Shown here: one piece after another, positions 33,244 through 43,957 of the stretch
Layout of the letters: each line of letters starts with the position of its first letter
How positions within the stretch are numbered: the stretch's first letter is position 1
Source: a virus
Lineage: Duplodnaviria > Heunggongvirae > Uroviricota > Caudoviricetes
IMG/VR virus record: IMGVR_UViG_2695420521_000002
Coordinates: 35,400-99,399 of that record
DNA: 64,000 nucleotides
Direction: 5' to 3' (one strand)
The notes under the pieces: model-generated
What the model was told of the DNA's origin: nothing
The model's database searches: none
Seen by the model: the letters and a program-made list of their open reading frames with translations, nothing else
Translations under genes and position numbers: made by a program

Positions 33244-33502
33244 TTATCCACATTATCCACTGGATAGATCCAATAATCAGGTCCATACAGATCCCAATTA
33301 GATCCATATAGATCCCTGATCGTTGCAGGCCGCGCCACGTCTGGCTTAGAAGTGTATCGCGATGTGTGCTGGAGGGAAAACGATGTGTGCTGGAGGGATA
33401 AAAATGTGTGCTGACGGGTTGCTAATGTGTGCTGGCGGGATATAGGATGTGTGCTGACGGGAAAGCCTGGGTAGTTATCATCACTTATAAAAACTATCCA
33501 CA
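33244..33502. other. oriR: plasmid replication origin oriR: DnaA boxes, five GATC sites, five incC iterons
   Basis: TTATCCACA/TTATCCACT (33244-33261); GATC at 33267, 33290, 33301, 33311, 33318; iterons 33361-33464; CTATCCACA (33494-33502). Confidence 0.85.
33361..33464 (+). repeat. incC: incC: five direct 19-bp RepA iterons (consensus GATGTGTGCTGGAGGGAAA)
   Basis: Five copies at about 21-bp spacing immediately upstream of repA. Confidence 0.85.
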
Positions 33503-33520
33503 TAATTCGGAAAAAGTAAT

Positions 33521-34381
33521 ATGAATCAATCTTTTATCTCCGATATTCTTTACGCAGACATTGAAAGTAAGGCAAAAGAACTAACAGTTAATTCAAACAA
33601 CACTGTGCAGCCTGTAGCGTTGATGCGCTTGGGGGTATTCGTGCCGAAGCCATCAAAGAGCAAAGGAGAAAGTAAAGAGATTGATGCCACCAAAGCGTTT
33701 TCCCAGCTGGAGATAGCTAAAGCAGAAGGTTACGATGACATTAAAATCACCGGTCCTCGACTCGATATGGATACTGATTTCAAAACGTGGATCGGTGTTA
33801 TCTACGCGTTCAGCAAATACGGCTTGTCCTCAAACACCATCCAGTTATCGTTTCAGGAATTCGCTAAAGCCTGTGGTTTCCCCTCAAAACGTCTGGATGC
33901 GAAACTGCGTTTAACCATTCATGAATCACTTGGCCGCTTGCGTAACAAGGGTATCGCTTTTAAGCGTGGTAAAGATGCTAAAGGTGGCTACCAGACTGGT
34001 CTGTTGAAGGTCGGACGTTTCGATGCTGACCTCGATCTGATCGAGCTGGAAGCCGACTCGAAGCTGTGGGAGCTGTTCCAGCTTGATTATCGCGTCCTGT
34101 TGCAGCACCACGCCTTGCGTGCCCTTCCGAAGAAAGAAGCAGCACAAGCCATTTACACTTTTATCGAAAGCCTTCCGCAGAACCCGTTGCCGCTATCGTT
34201 CGCGCGAATCCGTGAGCGCCTGGCTTTGCAGTCGGCTGTTGGCGAGCAAAACCGTATCATTAAGAAAGCGATAGAACAGCTTAAAACAATCGGCTATCTC
34301 GACTGTTCAATTGAGAAGAAAGGCCGGGAAAGTTTTGTAATCGTCCATTCTCGCAATCCAAAGCTGAAACTCCCCGAATAA
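33521..34381 (+). CDS. repA: plasmid replication initiator RepA
   Basis: 286-aa ORF flanked by incC and incA iteron arrays. Confidence 0.85.
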   Translation: MNQSFISDILYADIESKAKELTVNSNNTVQPVALMRLGVFVPKPSKSKGESKEIDATKAFSQLEIAKAEGYDDIKITGPRLDMDTDFKTWIGVIYAFSKYGLSSNTIQLSFQEFAKACGFPSKRLDAKLRLTIHESLGRLRNKGIAFKRGKDAKGGYQTGLLKVGRFDADLDLIELEADSKLWELFQLDYRVLLQHHALRALPKKEAAQAIYTFIESLPQNPLPLSFARIRERLALQSAVGEQNRIIKKAIEQLKTIGYLDCSIEKKGRESFVIVHSRNPKLKLPE

Positions 34382-34382
34382 G

Positions 34383-34680
34383 TGTGTGCTGGAGGGCAGC
34401 TGCATTAAAAAAATGTGTGCTGCCGGGAAGGCTTGTCTAATTTCCCGTTTTTGATGTGCGCTGGAGGGGGACGCCCCGCAGTTTGCCCAGACTTTCCCTC
34501 CAGCACACATCTGTCCATCCGTTTTTCCCTCCAGTGCACATGTAATTATCTGCCTTTCCCTCCAGCACACATATTTGATACCAGCGATCCCTCCACAGCA
34601 CATAATTCAATGCGACTTCCCTCTATCGCACATCTTAGACTTTTATTCTCCCTCCAGCACACATCGATGCTGCCGGGCAA
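34383..34680. repeat. incA: incA copy-control locus: nine RepA iterons in both orientations
   Basis: Three direct (34383, 34411, 34452) and six inverted (34492-34666) copies of the TGTGTGCTGGAGGG core. Confidence 0.85.
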
Positions 34681-34938
34681 GCCGTTCTCACTAGTTGATA
34701 GAGAGTGAAGCCTTGCTGCCCGTTGAAGCAGGAAATCACCAAAATGATTCAGGCTACAACCTGAACGTAGAAGAAATCCGCTTCGTTTATGCGTGGAGGA
34801 TGCCAAAGCATGTTGTGACACACTTGGCAAAGGAGTAAACATGCAGAGAATGCTATGTACAAGCATCTACGCATACATTATTATTTTATGCAGCATTTTT
34901 AATTAAATTCAAAAATACAGCATAAAGGATGACTTTCG

Positions 34939-36135
34939 ATGAGTGATTCCAGCCAGCTTCACAAGGTTGCTCAAAGAGCAAACAGAATGCTCAATGTTCT
35001 GACTGAACAAGTACAGTTGCAAAAGGATGAGCTACACGCGAACGAGTTTTACCAGGTCTATGCGAAAGCGGCACTGGCAAAATTGCCTCTACTGACTCGA
35101 GCGAACGTTGACTATGCCGTAAGTGAAATGGAAGAAAAGGGTTATGTTTTCGATAAACGCCCTGCTGGCTCTTCAATGAAATATGCGATGTCAATTCAGA
35201 ACATCATTGACATATATGAACATCGCGGAGTGCCAAAATACCGGGATCGCTACAGCGAAGCGTATGTGATTTTCATCTCCAATCTTAAAGGCGGTGTGTC
35301 AAAAACTGTATCGACGGTTTCTCTGGCGCATGCAATGCGTGCTCACCCTCATCTTCTGATGGAAGATTTAAGGATTCTGGTTATTGACCTTGATCCGCAA
35401 TCTTCAGCAACGATGTTTTTAAGCCATAAACACTCTATTGGTATCGTAAACGCAACATCTGCACAGGCTATGTTGCAGAATGTAAGCCGTGAAGAGCTGT
35501 TAGAGGAGTTTATTGTTCCTTCTGTTGTACCTGGGGTTGACGTTATGCCTGCGTCGATTGACGATGCCTTTATTGCATCCGATTGGAGAGAGCTGTGCAA
35601 TGAGCATCTACCGGGTCAGAACATCCATGCAGTCCTGAAAGAAAATGTGATTGATAAGCTGAAGAGCGATTATGACTTTATCCTCGTTGATAGTGGTCCT
35701 CACCTTGACGCCTTCCTGAAAAATGCTTTGGCCTCGGCCAATATACTGTTTACACCTCTGCCGCCTGCAACGGTTGATTTCCACTCATCGCTTAAATACG
35801 TTGCCCGCCTTCCTGAGTTGGTGAAACTCATTTCGGATGAAGGCTGCGAGTGCCAGCTTGCGACTAACATTGGTTTTATGTCCAAGTTGAGTAACAAGGC
35901 AGACCATAAATATTGCCATAGCCTGGCTAAAGAAGTGTTCGGTGGGGATATGCTTGATGTCGTCCTCCCTCGCCTTGACGGTTTTGAACGCTGCGGCGAG
36001 TCTTTTGACACTGTTATTTCAGCTAACCCGGCAACGTATGTTGGTAGTGCTGATGCATTGAAGAACGCGCGAATTGCCGCGGAAGATTTTGCAAAAGCAG
36101 TGTTTGACCGTATTGAATTTATCAGATCTAACTGA
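34939..36135 (+). CDS. parA: partition ATPase ParA
   Basis: 398 aa; deviant Walker A NLKGGVSKT. Confidence 0.9.
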   Translation: MSDSSQLHKVAQRANRMLNVLTEQVQLQKDELHANEFYQVYAKAALAKLPLLTRANVDYAVSEMEEKGYVFDKRPAGSSMKYAMSIQNIIDIYEHRGVPKYRDRYSEAYVIFISNLKGGVSKTVSTVSLAHAMRAHPHLLMEDLRILVIDLDPQSSATMFLSHKHSIGIVNATSAQAMLQNVSREELLEEFIVPSVVPGVDVMPASIDDAFIASDWRELCNEHLPGQNIHAVLKENVIDKLKSDYDFILVDSGPHLDAFLKNALASANILFTPLPPATVDFHSSLKYVARLPELVKLISDEGCECQLATNIGFMSKLSNKADHKYCHSLAKEVFGGDMLDVVLPRLDGFERCGESFDTVISANPATYVGSADALKNARIAAEDFAKAVFDRIEFIRSN

Positions 36136-36151
36136 GGAGTAAGAAACCCCC

Positions 36152-37153
36152 ATGTCAAAGAAAAACAGACCAACAATTGGGCGAACCCTTAATCCTTCAA
36201 TATTAAGCGGATTTGATAGTTCTTCAGCCTCTGGCGATCGAGTCGAGCAGGTATTCAAGTTATCAACTGGTCGTCAGGCCACATTTATTGAAGAGGTAAT
36301 ACCTCCGAACCAGGTAGAAAGCGATACCTTTGTTGATCAGCATAACAACGGGCGTGACCAGGCATCTCTTACGCCAAAATCATTAAAAAGTATCCGAAGC
36401 ACTATTAAGCATCAGCAATTTTACCCTGCAATAGGTGTTAGACGTGCTACAGGGAAAATTGAAATTTTGGATGGTTCCCGGCGTCGAGCTTCTGCCATCT
36501 TAGAGAACGTAGGGTTGCGGGTTTTAGTCACGGACCAGGAGATCAGCGTCCAGGAAGCGCAAAATTTAGCGAAAGACGTTCAGACAGCATTGCAGCACAG
36601 CATTCGAGAAATAGGTCTGCGTTTGATGCGAATGAAAAATGATGGGATGAGTCAGAAGGATATTGCAGCCAAAGAAGGGCTATCTCAGGCGAAGGTCACG
36701 CGTGCTCTCCAGGCAGCGAGTGCTCCGGAAGAATTAGTCGCCCTTTTCCCTGTGCAGTCGGAATTAACCTTTTCGGACTACAAAACGCTTTGTGCTGTTG
36801 GCGACGAAATGGGGAACAAGAATTTAGAGTTTGATCAGCTTATTCAAAACATATCCCCGGAAATAAACGACATCTTATCCATTGAAGAAATGGCCGAAGA
36901 TGAAGTTAAAAATAAAATCCTGCGCTTGATAACAAAGGAAGCCTCACTACTCACGGATAAAGGTTCTAAAGATAAGTCCGTAGTTACTGAATTATGGAAA
37001 TTTGAGGACAAGGATCGCTTTGCAAGGAAGCGCGTGAAAGGCCGTGCATTTTCTTATGAGTTTAATCGACTCTCAAAAGAGTTACAGGAAGAACTCGACA
37101 GGATGATTGGGCATATCCTTAGAAAGAGCCTCGATAAAAAGCCGAAGCCTTAA
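36152..37153 (+). CDS. parB: partition protein ParB
   Basis: 333-aa ORF directly downstream of parA, followed by parS-like site. Confidence 0.85.
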   Translation: MSKKNRPTIGRTLNPSILSGFDSSSASGDRVEQVFKLSTGRQATFIEEVIPPNQVESDTFVDQHNNGRDQASLTPKSLKSIRSTIKHQQFYPAIGVRRATGKIEILDGSRRRASAILENVGLRVLVTDQEISVQEAQNLAKDVQTALQHSIREIGLRLMRMKNDGMSQKDIAAKEGLSQAKVTRALQAASAPEELVALFPVQSELTFSDYKTLCAVGDEMGNKNLEFDQLIQNISPEINDILSIEEMAEDEVKNKILRLITKEASLLTDKGSKDKSVVTELWKFEDKDRFARKRVKGRAFSYEFNRLSKELQEELDRMIGHILRKSLDKKPKP

Positions 37154-37240
37154 ACTTTCGCCATTCAAATTTCACCATTAACTTACTGTTTTTAAAATAA
37201 AATCTTATAAAATTTCAAGGTGAAATCGCCACGATTTCAC
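37154..37240. other. parS: partition site parS (heptamer box A ATTTCAC and hexamer box B TCGCCA around an AT-rich centre)
   Basis: TCGCCATTCAAATTTCAC ... GGTGAAATCGCCACGATTTCAC. Confidence 0.75.
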
Positions 37241-37304
37241 CTTGGATTTTACCTTTCTCCCCTCTTCCCGAAAAAAATAAAAAAATTTCTTGTCACGAGA
37301 AAGT

Positions 37305-37327
37305 CAACAAGTGACTTTCAATAAAAT
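37305..37327 (+). promoter_or_regulatory. candidate Lpa-dependent late promoter
   Basis: CAACAAGTGACTTTCAATAAAAT; same architecture as motifs at 15627 and 49614. Confidence 0.45.
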
Positions 37328-37378
37328 CTCTTCCGAAAAGGGATTCACACAAGTGCCTTGTGTTTAAGGAAGAGTAAA

Positions 37379-39085
37379 TTGAGTAACTTACGCGAATACC
37401 AGAATCGTATTGCAGATATCGCAAAACGCTCTAAAGCTGTGCTTGGCTGGGCAAGCACTGCGCAGTTCGGTACTGATAACCAATTCATTAAAGATGATGC
37501 CGCGCGTGCCGCATCTATCCTTGAAGCTGCACGTAAAGACCCAATTTTTGCGGGTATCTCTGATAATGCCACCGCTCAAATCGCTACAGCGTGGGCAAGT
37601 GCACTGGCTGACTACGCCGCAGCACATAAATCTATGCCGCGTCCGGAAATTCTGGCCTCCTGCCACCAGACGCTGGAAAACTGCCTGATTGAGTCCACCC
37701 GAAATCGCATGGATGCCACTAATAAAGCGATGCTGGAATCCGTCGCAGCAGAGATGATGAGCGTTTCTGACGGTGTTATGCGTCTGCCTTTATTCCTCGC
37801 GATGATCCTGCCTGTTCAGTTGGGGGCAGCTACCGCTGATGCGTGTACATTCGTTCCGGTTGCGCGTGACAAGTCCGAAATCTATGAAATCTTTAACGTA
37901 GCGGGTTCTTCTTTTGGCTCTTATGCTATTGGTGATGTTCTGGACATGCAATCCGTTGGCGTGTACAGCCAGTTGCGCCGCCGCTATGTGCTGGTTGCAA
38001 GCTCCGACGGCACCAGCAAAACTGCAACCTTCAAGATGGAAGATTTCGAAGGTCAGAATGTCCCGATTCGCAAAGGTCGTACAAACATCTACGTTAACCG
38101 TATTAAGTCTGTTGTTGATAACGGCTCCGGTACTCTGCTTCACACATTCAATAACAAAGCAGGCGAACAAATCACTGTTACCTGCTCTTTGAATTACAAC
38201 ATTGGTCAGATTGTCCTGTCGTTCTCCAAAGCGCCAGATAAAGGTACAGAGATCGCCATTGAGGCGGAGATCAATATAGAAGCAGCTCCTGAGCTGATCC
38301 CACTTATCAACCACGAAATGAAGAGTTACACCCTGTTCCCAAACCAGTTCGTCATCGCGGCTGAGCACACGGTACAGGCGGCGTATGAAGCACAGCGTGA
38401 ATTTGGTCTGGATCTCGGCTCCCTACAGTTCCGCACCCTGAAGGAATACCTGTCCCATGAGCAAGATATGCTTCGTCTTCGTATCATGATTTGGCGAACT
38501 CTTGCGACCGACTCCTTTGATATTGCACTGCCAGCTAACCAGTCCTTTGATGTGTGGGCAACTATCGTTCGAGGCAAATTCCAGACGGTATATCGCGGTA
38601 TTATTGAGCGTGTTAGATCTTCTGGTGCGATGGGGATGTATGCCGGTGCTGATGCGGCATCTTTCTTCAAACAATTGCCGAAGGATTTCTTCCAGCCAGC
38701 AGAAGATTACATCCAGACCCCATACGTTCACTACATTGGCACTCTGTTCGGCAACGTCAAAGTGTTCGAAGTACCAGAAGGTATTTGTACGAACCTGACC
38801 GCCGACGGTATCCAGTTCAGCCCAATGGATGTGCTGTGCTACGTCCGTGATGAAAATCCGGGCAAAGCGGGCTTCGTAACTGGTGATGCAGTCCCGGCTG
38901 TCCCATTCCAGCATCCGACCACCCCTGCACTGGTCAACCGAACCACTCTGTGGGGTTCGGCTATCAACGATATGCACCCACGTAACGGCGCTGACTACTT
39001 CACCCGTGTAACTCTGACTATGGCCAAAAATGGCGGAATTAACTTCCTGACCGGTAACATGATTGATGCCGGTGACTCTGAGTAA
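37379..39085 (+). CDS. large phage structural protein (possibly major head protein precursor, gp23-like)
   Basis: About 569 aa from TTG 37379 (AAGGAAG SD); first gene after candidate late promoter; function by position only. Confidence 0.35.
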   Translation: MSNLREYQNRIADIAKRSKAVLGWASTAQFGTDNQFIKDDAARAASILEAARKDPIFAGISDNATAQIATAWASALADYAAAHKSMPRPEILASCHQTLENCLIESTRNRMDATNKAMLESVAAEMMSVSDGVMRLPLFLAMILPVQLGAATADACTFVPVARDKSEIYEIFNVAGSSFGSYAIGDVLDMQSVGVYSQLRRRYVLVASSDGTSKTATFKMEDFEGQNVPIRKGRTNIYVNRIKSVVDNGSGTLLHTFNNKAGEQITVTCSLNYNIGQIVLSFSKAPDKGTEIAIEAEINIEAAPELIPLINHEMKSYTLFPNQFVIAAEHTVQAAYEAQREFGLDLGSLQFRTLKEYLSHEQDMLRLRIMIWRTLATDSFDIALPANQSFDVWATIVRGKFQTVYRGIIERVRSSGAMGMYAGADAASFFKQLPKDFFQPAEDYIQTPYVHYIGTLFGNVKVFEVPEGICTNLTADGIQFSPMDVLCYVRDENPGKAGFVTGDAVPAVPFQHPTTPALVNRTTLWGSAINDMHPRNGADYFTRVTLTMAKNGGINFLTGNMIDAGDSE

Positions 39086-39146
39086 TCAGGGGAAGTTCTC
39101 CGTTTAACATAGCGCCCCCCGTGCGGGGCGCATAACAGGGAAAGTT

Positions 39147-40736
39147 ATGTCTCAATATTCAATTCAACAGTCATTAGGTAATGCATCCGGCGTCGCGGTT
39201 AGCCCGATCAATGCCGATGCGACGTTATCTACCGGTGTTGCATTAAATAGCAGCTTGTGGGCTGGTATTGGCGTATTTGCGCGTGGCAAGCCGTTTACTG
39301 TTCTTGCGGTTACTGAGTCCAATTACGAAGATGTTCTCGGCGAACCGCTGAAGCCGTCTTCCGGCTCACAGTTCGAACCAATTCGCCATGTGTACGAAGC
39401 TATTCAGCAAACGTCTGGTTATGTTGTCCGTGCTGTTCCGGATGATGCGAAGTTCCCGATTATTATGTTCGATGAATCAGGCGAACCGGCTTACAGTGCG
39501 TTGCCATATGGTTCTGAAATTGAACTTGATAGCGGCGAAGCCTTTGCTATCTACGTTGATGATGGTGATCCGTGTATTTCACCTACCCGTGAGTTAACCA
39601 TCGAAACGGCAACAGCGGACAGCGCGGGTAATGAACGCTTCCTCTTAAAACTGACCCAGACGACTTCGCTCGGTGTGGTAACGACCCTGGAGACACACAC
39701 TGTGTCTTTGGCGGAAGAAGCGAAAGATGACATGGGCCGCTTGTGTTATCTGCCTACGGCTCTGGAAGCCCGTTCTAAATATCTGCGCGCGGTTGTTAAT
39801 GAAGATCTGATTTCTACAGCGAAAGTAACAAACAAAAAATCGTTGGCGTTCACTGGTGGTACCAACGGTGATCAGTCGAAAATCTCAACCGCTGCGTACC
39901 TGCGTGCGGTGAAAGTGCTGAACAATGCTCCGTACATGTACACCGCTGTTCTTGGCCTGGGCTGCTATGACAATGCGGCTATCACCGCATTAGGTAAAAT
40001 CTGTGCAGATCGCCTGATTGATGGCTTCTTTGATGTCAAACCGACATTAACGTACGCAGAAGCCCTACCAGCTGTTGAGGATACCGGTTTACTTGGTACC
40101 GATTATGTAAGCTGTTCTGTATATCACTACCCGTTCTCCTGCAAAGACAAATGGACCCAATCCCGTGTGGTCTTTGGTCTGTCTGGCGTGGCGTATGCGG
40201 CGAAAGCTCGTGGCGTCAAGAAAAACTCTGATGTCGGCGGTTGGCATTACTCACCGGCTGGTGAAGAACGTGCCGTCATTGCTCGTGCGTCAATTCAACC
40301 GCTGTATCCGGAAGATACCCCAGACGAAGAAGCAATGGTCAAGGGCCGTCTCAATAAAGTATCTGTTGGCACCTCTGGCCAGATGATCATCGACGATGCT
40401 TTAACTTGCTGCACGCAGGATAACTATCTGCACTTCCAGCACGTCCCATCCCTGATGAATGCAATCAGCCGTTTCTTTGTCCAGTTAGCCCGACAGATGA
40501 AGCATAGCCCGGACGGTATTACTGCGGCTGGCCTGACTAAAGGGATGACCAAACTTTTAGATCGCTTTGTCGCCTCCGGCGCTCTGGTGGCTCCTCGTGA
40601 TCCTGATGCTGACGGTACAGAACCGTATGTGCTGAAAGTTACGCAGGCGGAATTCGATAAATGGGAAGTAGTCTGGGCCTGCTGCCCGACTGGCGTAGCC
40701 CGTCGTATCCAGGGCGTACCGCTGCTTATTAAGTAA
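39147..40736 (+). CDS. putative contractile tail sheath protein (gp22-like)
   Basis: 529-aa ORF in late structural operon; size and position consistent with a sheath subunit. Confidence 0.4.
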   Translation: MSQYSIQQSLGNASGVAVSPINADATLSTGVALNSSLWAGIGVFARGKPFTVLAVTESNYEDVLGEPLKPSSGSQFEPIRHVYEAIQQTSGYVVRAVPDDAKFPIIMFDESGEPAYSALPYGSEIELDSGEAFAIYVDDGDPCISPTRELTIETATADSAGNERFLLKLTQTTSLGVVTTLETHTVSLAEEAKDDMGRLCYLPTALEARSKYLRAVVNEDLISTAKVTNKKSLAFTGGTNGDQSKISTAAYLRAVKVLNNAPYMYTAVLGLGCYDNAAITALGKICADRLIDGFFDVKPTLTYAEALPAVEDTGLLGTDYVSCSVYHYPFSCKDKWTQSRVVFGLSGVAYAAKARGVKKNSDVGGWHYSPAGEERAVIARASIQPLYPEDTPDEEAMVKGRLNKVSVGTSGQMIIDDALTCCTQDNYLHFQHVPSLMNAISRFFVQLARQMKHSPDGITAAGLTKGMTKLLDRFVASGALVAPRDPDADGTEPYVLKVTQAEFDKWEVVWACCPTGVARRIQGVPLLIK

Positions 40737-40745
40737 GGGAATACA

Positions 40746-41561
40746 ATGAGCAAAAACTTTTTTCAATCCGGGGCATTTTTGGGGAATGGACTGTCTCGTT
40801 TCGCTTTGAACTCTGATCCTGTGCAGCTGATGGAGTCTGCCCGAGCAAGCGCCGAACCGCCAACAGATCCGGTTATTAATAATAATCCGGAACCGGCGGC
40901 ACAGACTAACGATAACGTTCCATCTGCCCCGGCTCCTGAGCAAATCCTGGAAGGGAAAGACGGTAAAGAATGGACCGTCGAACAGGCGCACCAGATGATT
41001 CTGGAAGCTGCAAATCGAAGTGCTATGCAGAATGCGTTGAGTGATGCGGCCGACGCCGTTTTCGCTTGGGCTGATAGCGGTGATCTGACTTTCGACTCCC
41101 TTGATGGTTTCGTTCAGGCTATCGCTGGTATCTCTGATGACGACGACTCCGAAGTGACAGAAGAACAGGACGATGCCTATAACGAAGCATGGGCAAATGT
41201 TGCTGACTTCCTCGCAGCATGCGGTGTAGATGATGACCTGATCGAAGCACTGGCTGACGATGAAGACGACGACGCAGCTGCTGATGTTGGTGCCTCTATC
41301 GCTGGTTTAGATAGCGACGACCGCGACGAACTGGAAGCTGCATTTGTTGTTGCTGGCACTTCTGATGAAATGCTGACTGAAGCATTTAAGAAGGTTGTTC
41401 GTAACGGTGAGATCAAACTCATCCGTAAACGCCTGCGTAAAAAACGTCTGACTGCGGCTCAAAAATCGGCGCTGAAAAAAGCGCGTCGAAAAGCCCAGAC
41501 TGGCGCGGCAAAACTTGCCCGCAAAAAGTCAATGAAACTGCGCCGTAAGCGCCTTGGCTAA
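40746..41561 (+). CDS. hypothetical protein, acidic body with Lys/Arg-rich C-terminal tail
   Basis: 271 aa; long DDDxE acidic stretches then KKRLTAAQKSALKKARRKAQ. Confidence 0.4.
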   Translation: MSKNFFQSGAFLGNGLSRFALNSDPVQLMESARASAEPPTDPVINNNPEPAAQTNDNVPSAPAPEQILEGKDGKEWTVEQAHQMILEAANRSAMQNALSDAADAVFAWADSGDLTFDSLDGFVQAIAGISDDDDSEVTEEQDDAYNEAWANVADFLAACGVDDDLIEALADDEDDDAAADVGASIAGLDSDDRDELEAAFVVAGTSDEMLTEAFKKVVRNGEIKLIRKRLRKKRLTAAQKSALKKARRKAQTGAAKLARKKSMKLRRKRLG

Positions 41562-41596
41562 AGGAGGAGGCCGGAGAACTCCGGCCTTTAACTTGA

Positions 41597-42178
41597 ATGG
41601 CTCCTATAGCTTATGGGGTTTACAGCCAGGCTGACGGTGTATCGCCATATCTGAAAGTTACTTTAACGAACTCTCAGTACCAGGTTACCGGATATATCAG
41701 CCAGGGGGCGGCAATGAACATGGCCCAGAATTGGGAAGCACCGTTTACTGGTATGTCCATGGGGTCTGTTTCTGGTGCTCTGGGTGGTTTTGTGCAAGTA
41801 GGTACTGAAACAACGTCGGTTGCCCGTTGGAATAGCTTAATGGTTTGGGAAGGGGGGACACCGCCGACGTTCACGCTGCCCGTAACTTTCATTGCTTTGA
41901 ACAATCCATTCATTGAAGTTTCAGGCGCTATCGCCGCGTTGACAGCCATGATTAGCCCGGAACTAAAAGCGGCCAATGTTGGTGGTCGAATCCCGGAGCG
42001 TGTGACACTAAACATTGGTCGCCGGATCAACATCACCGATGTCGCTATCCAGGACTTAAGTTTTGATCTCGATGCGCCAAGGGACAGTAATGGATATTTC
42101 CTGAAAAACACCGTCAACCTCCAGTTGACCGGTTCTTCGATATATAACAGCTCCGATATTGTTCGGGCGTTCCAGTAA
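41597..42178 (+). CDS. phage tail structural protein
   Basis: 193-aa ORF in structural operon. Confidence 0.35.
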   Translation: MAPIAYGVYSQADGVSPYLKVTLTNSQYQVTGYISQGAAMNMAQNWEAPFTGMSMGSVSGALGGFVQVGTETTSVARWNSLMVWEGGTPPTFTLPVTFIALNNPFIEVSGAIAALTAMISPELKAANVGGRIPERVTLNIGRRINITDVAIQDLSFDLDAPRDSNGYFLKNTVNLQLTGSSIYNSSDIVRAFQ

Positions 42179-42189
42179 AAGGATTTTAT

Positions 42190-42699
42190 ATGGGGCACAA
42201 TAACACTAAGGGAAACCGTAAATTTATTAAGGGCCGCTATACTGCCAACGCGGCCAAAGGCGAACGACTGGTATCTTCTGAATTCCAGCTCACTTTTGCA
42301 GGCTATGAAGATATCAGTGTACTGGTTCGTACGTCGCAAATCCCTGAAATGACTCGCGAGGATGTGGAGGACTATGGTCCGAATGGTGTGAAGTTCAACC
42401 AGCACGGACCAATTCGAAACTCTGGGGAAATCCAGGTCCAGTGCGTGGAGACTATCGAAGGCGATATTCTTCAGTTCATTAAGGATCGCATTGCGGCGAA
42501 GGACTATGTTGATATCACGATGGCTGCTACCCCTGAATCCAAATCTTCCGGGGTTAACGCTGTGACAAAAGCTGCTACAACAATTGAAATGTTGGACTGC
42601 AAAATCTACAGTGATGCAATCGACTTTAGTACCGAAGATGTGACTGCCGCTGTGCGCCCGTCACTTCGTATCGTCTACAACTGGATTGAGTGGGATTAA
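42190..42699 (+). CDS. putative tail tube protein
   Basis: 169-aa ORF; size and position typical of myovirus tube subunit. Confidence 0.35.
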   Translation: MGHNNTKGNRKFIKGRYTANAAKGERLVSSEFQLTFAGYEDISVLVRTSQIPEMTREDVEDYGPNGVKFNQHGPIRNSGEIQVQCVETIEGDILQFIKDRIAAKDYVDITMAATPESKSSGVNAVTKAATTIEMLDCKIYSDAIDFSTEDVTAAVRPSLRIVYNWIEWD

Positions 42700-42718
42700 G
42701 AGTCATCCCTTGTATTTT

Positions 42719-42743
42719 AAAGCTCCTTCGGGAGCTTTTTTTA
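42719..42743 (+). terminator. intrinsic terminator after structural operon
   Basis: AGCTCC-TTCG-GGAGCT followed by TTTTTTT. Confidence 0.75.
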
Positions 42744-42870
42744 TAACCTTTTTATATAAAAATGCATCGATAACATTGTCTGGAGTTTTATGTTAGATTA
42801 TTAATGTTCTAATAAACTACAATTATTGAGGTAGATGTTTGTGCCTGTACTGTTAAAGGGGGACTCTAAA

Positions 42871-43467
42871 ATGGCTGTGATTCCAATGTCGTACTCCCCG
42901 GGTACTGTCGCTCGTCGATTTTCGATCCTGGACGGAGTTACCATCCAGGGTGTGCTTTACCAGGTTATATGGGATTCCAAAACCCCATTTGCTGCCGTAA
43001 TAGAGGCTGCTCCTTCTGTTATCGATGGTGATATGCGCCATAAGGTTGTCGCTACTCTTGAACTTCAACGTCGCCCACAGCTTGAAGGCGTACTGGTGAG
43101 GAAGTTCTGGGAAGATAACGATGTTGCCCAGATTGAAGGTATCGTGGTTGATGGAATCGTCCGGGATGTCGGTTTAGCCACTTTTGTTTATGAAACCGTA
43201 GCTTCAAAAGCCGGAGTTGTTTTGCTAAGTGACAATGAGCAATACGAAGGCGGAAAGGCTCTTTGGCAGCACATCGCTCGTCGTTCTTCCGAACTAAAAG
43301 TTTTTATCCTGGACACCGATACTGCTCAGTATTACCCATTTGATGGCGAACGTGTTTGCTATGACGGGAAAAGTATTCCTGAATCCGAGATATGGAGTGA
43401 ACATCCGGATCGAAGTAAGCATGGGGTTGTTCTTGTCGCAGAATCCATAACTGGAAAGGCGGCATAG
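42871..43467 (+). CDS. hypothetical protein
   Basis: About 198 aa from ATG 42871 preceded by AAGGGGGA. Confidence 0.45.
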   Translation: MAVIPMSYSPGTVARRFSILDGVTIQGVLYQVIWDSKTPFAAVIEAAPSVIDGDMRHKVVATLELQRRPQLEGVLVRKFWEDNDVAQIEGIVVDGIVRDVGLATFVYETVASKAGVVLLSDNEQYEGGKALWQHIARRSSELKVFILDTDTAQYYPFDGERVCYDGKSIPESEIWSEHPDRSKHGVVLVAESITGKAA

Positions 43468-43646
43468 CAGTAAAAAATTCCTTGCTCCTTGACAGAGGAG
43501 AGGATTAATCTAAGTACGCTAAGCATAGGTATGGCCCCGGTTAATGTTAAGCGTTGTGCGGGACGCATAATGTTTACTGGGGCTTTCTTTTACCTATTTT
43601 GGGATAATCCTGAATTCCGTAGTATTTGGCATCGGCTGCGGCTACA

Positions 43647-43898
43647 TCAGCGTTTGACTCTATTTCTATAGAAATCACCTGGAAGGGTGAATATCCACAT
43701 CAGAAGAAACGTTGCAGCAAACATGATCCCTAATGGCCAGAATATGCCAAAAAAAATCATTATCCAAAAACGATCCCACCAGGCCATTTCTGCATTAGCT
43801 CGCAAAATATATCGACTTAATGCGTATATCAGCCCACCGATTAGTATATAGATGGGAATAGATACCAGGATAGTCATAGCGTTAGTCTCAATGAGCAT
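43647..43898 (-). CDS. small integral membrane protein
   Basis: 83 aa with two hydrophobic helices. Confidence 0.4.
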   Translation of the reverse strand: MLIETNAMTILVSIPIYILIGGLIYALSRYILRANAEMAWWDRFWIMIFFGIFWPLGIMFAATFLLMWIFTLPGDFYRNRVKR

Positions 43899-43957
43899 AA
43901 CGAATATCGCCAGAGCAATGTATAAATCCCTCTGCGCCGGGCAGAGGGACTAAATAG

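Noticed and set aside
33361-34680. Possible CRISPR array from regularly spaced short repeats
   Set aside because: The repeats are 19-bp RepA iterons at about 21-bp spacing in both orientations flanking repA, with no cas genes
34307-34866. Three overlapping ORFs (34307-34603, 34415-34708, 34546-34866) after repA
   Set aside because: They lie inside the incA iteron array; the repeated peptide motifs simply reflect the 19-bp repeats
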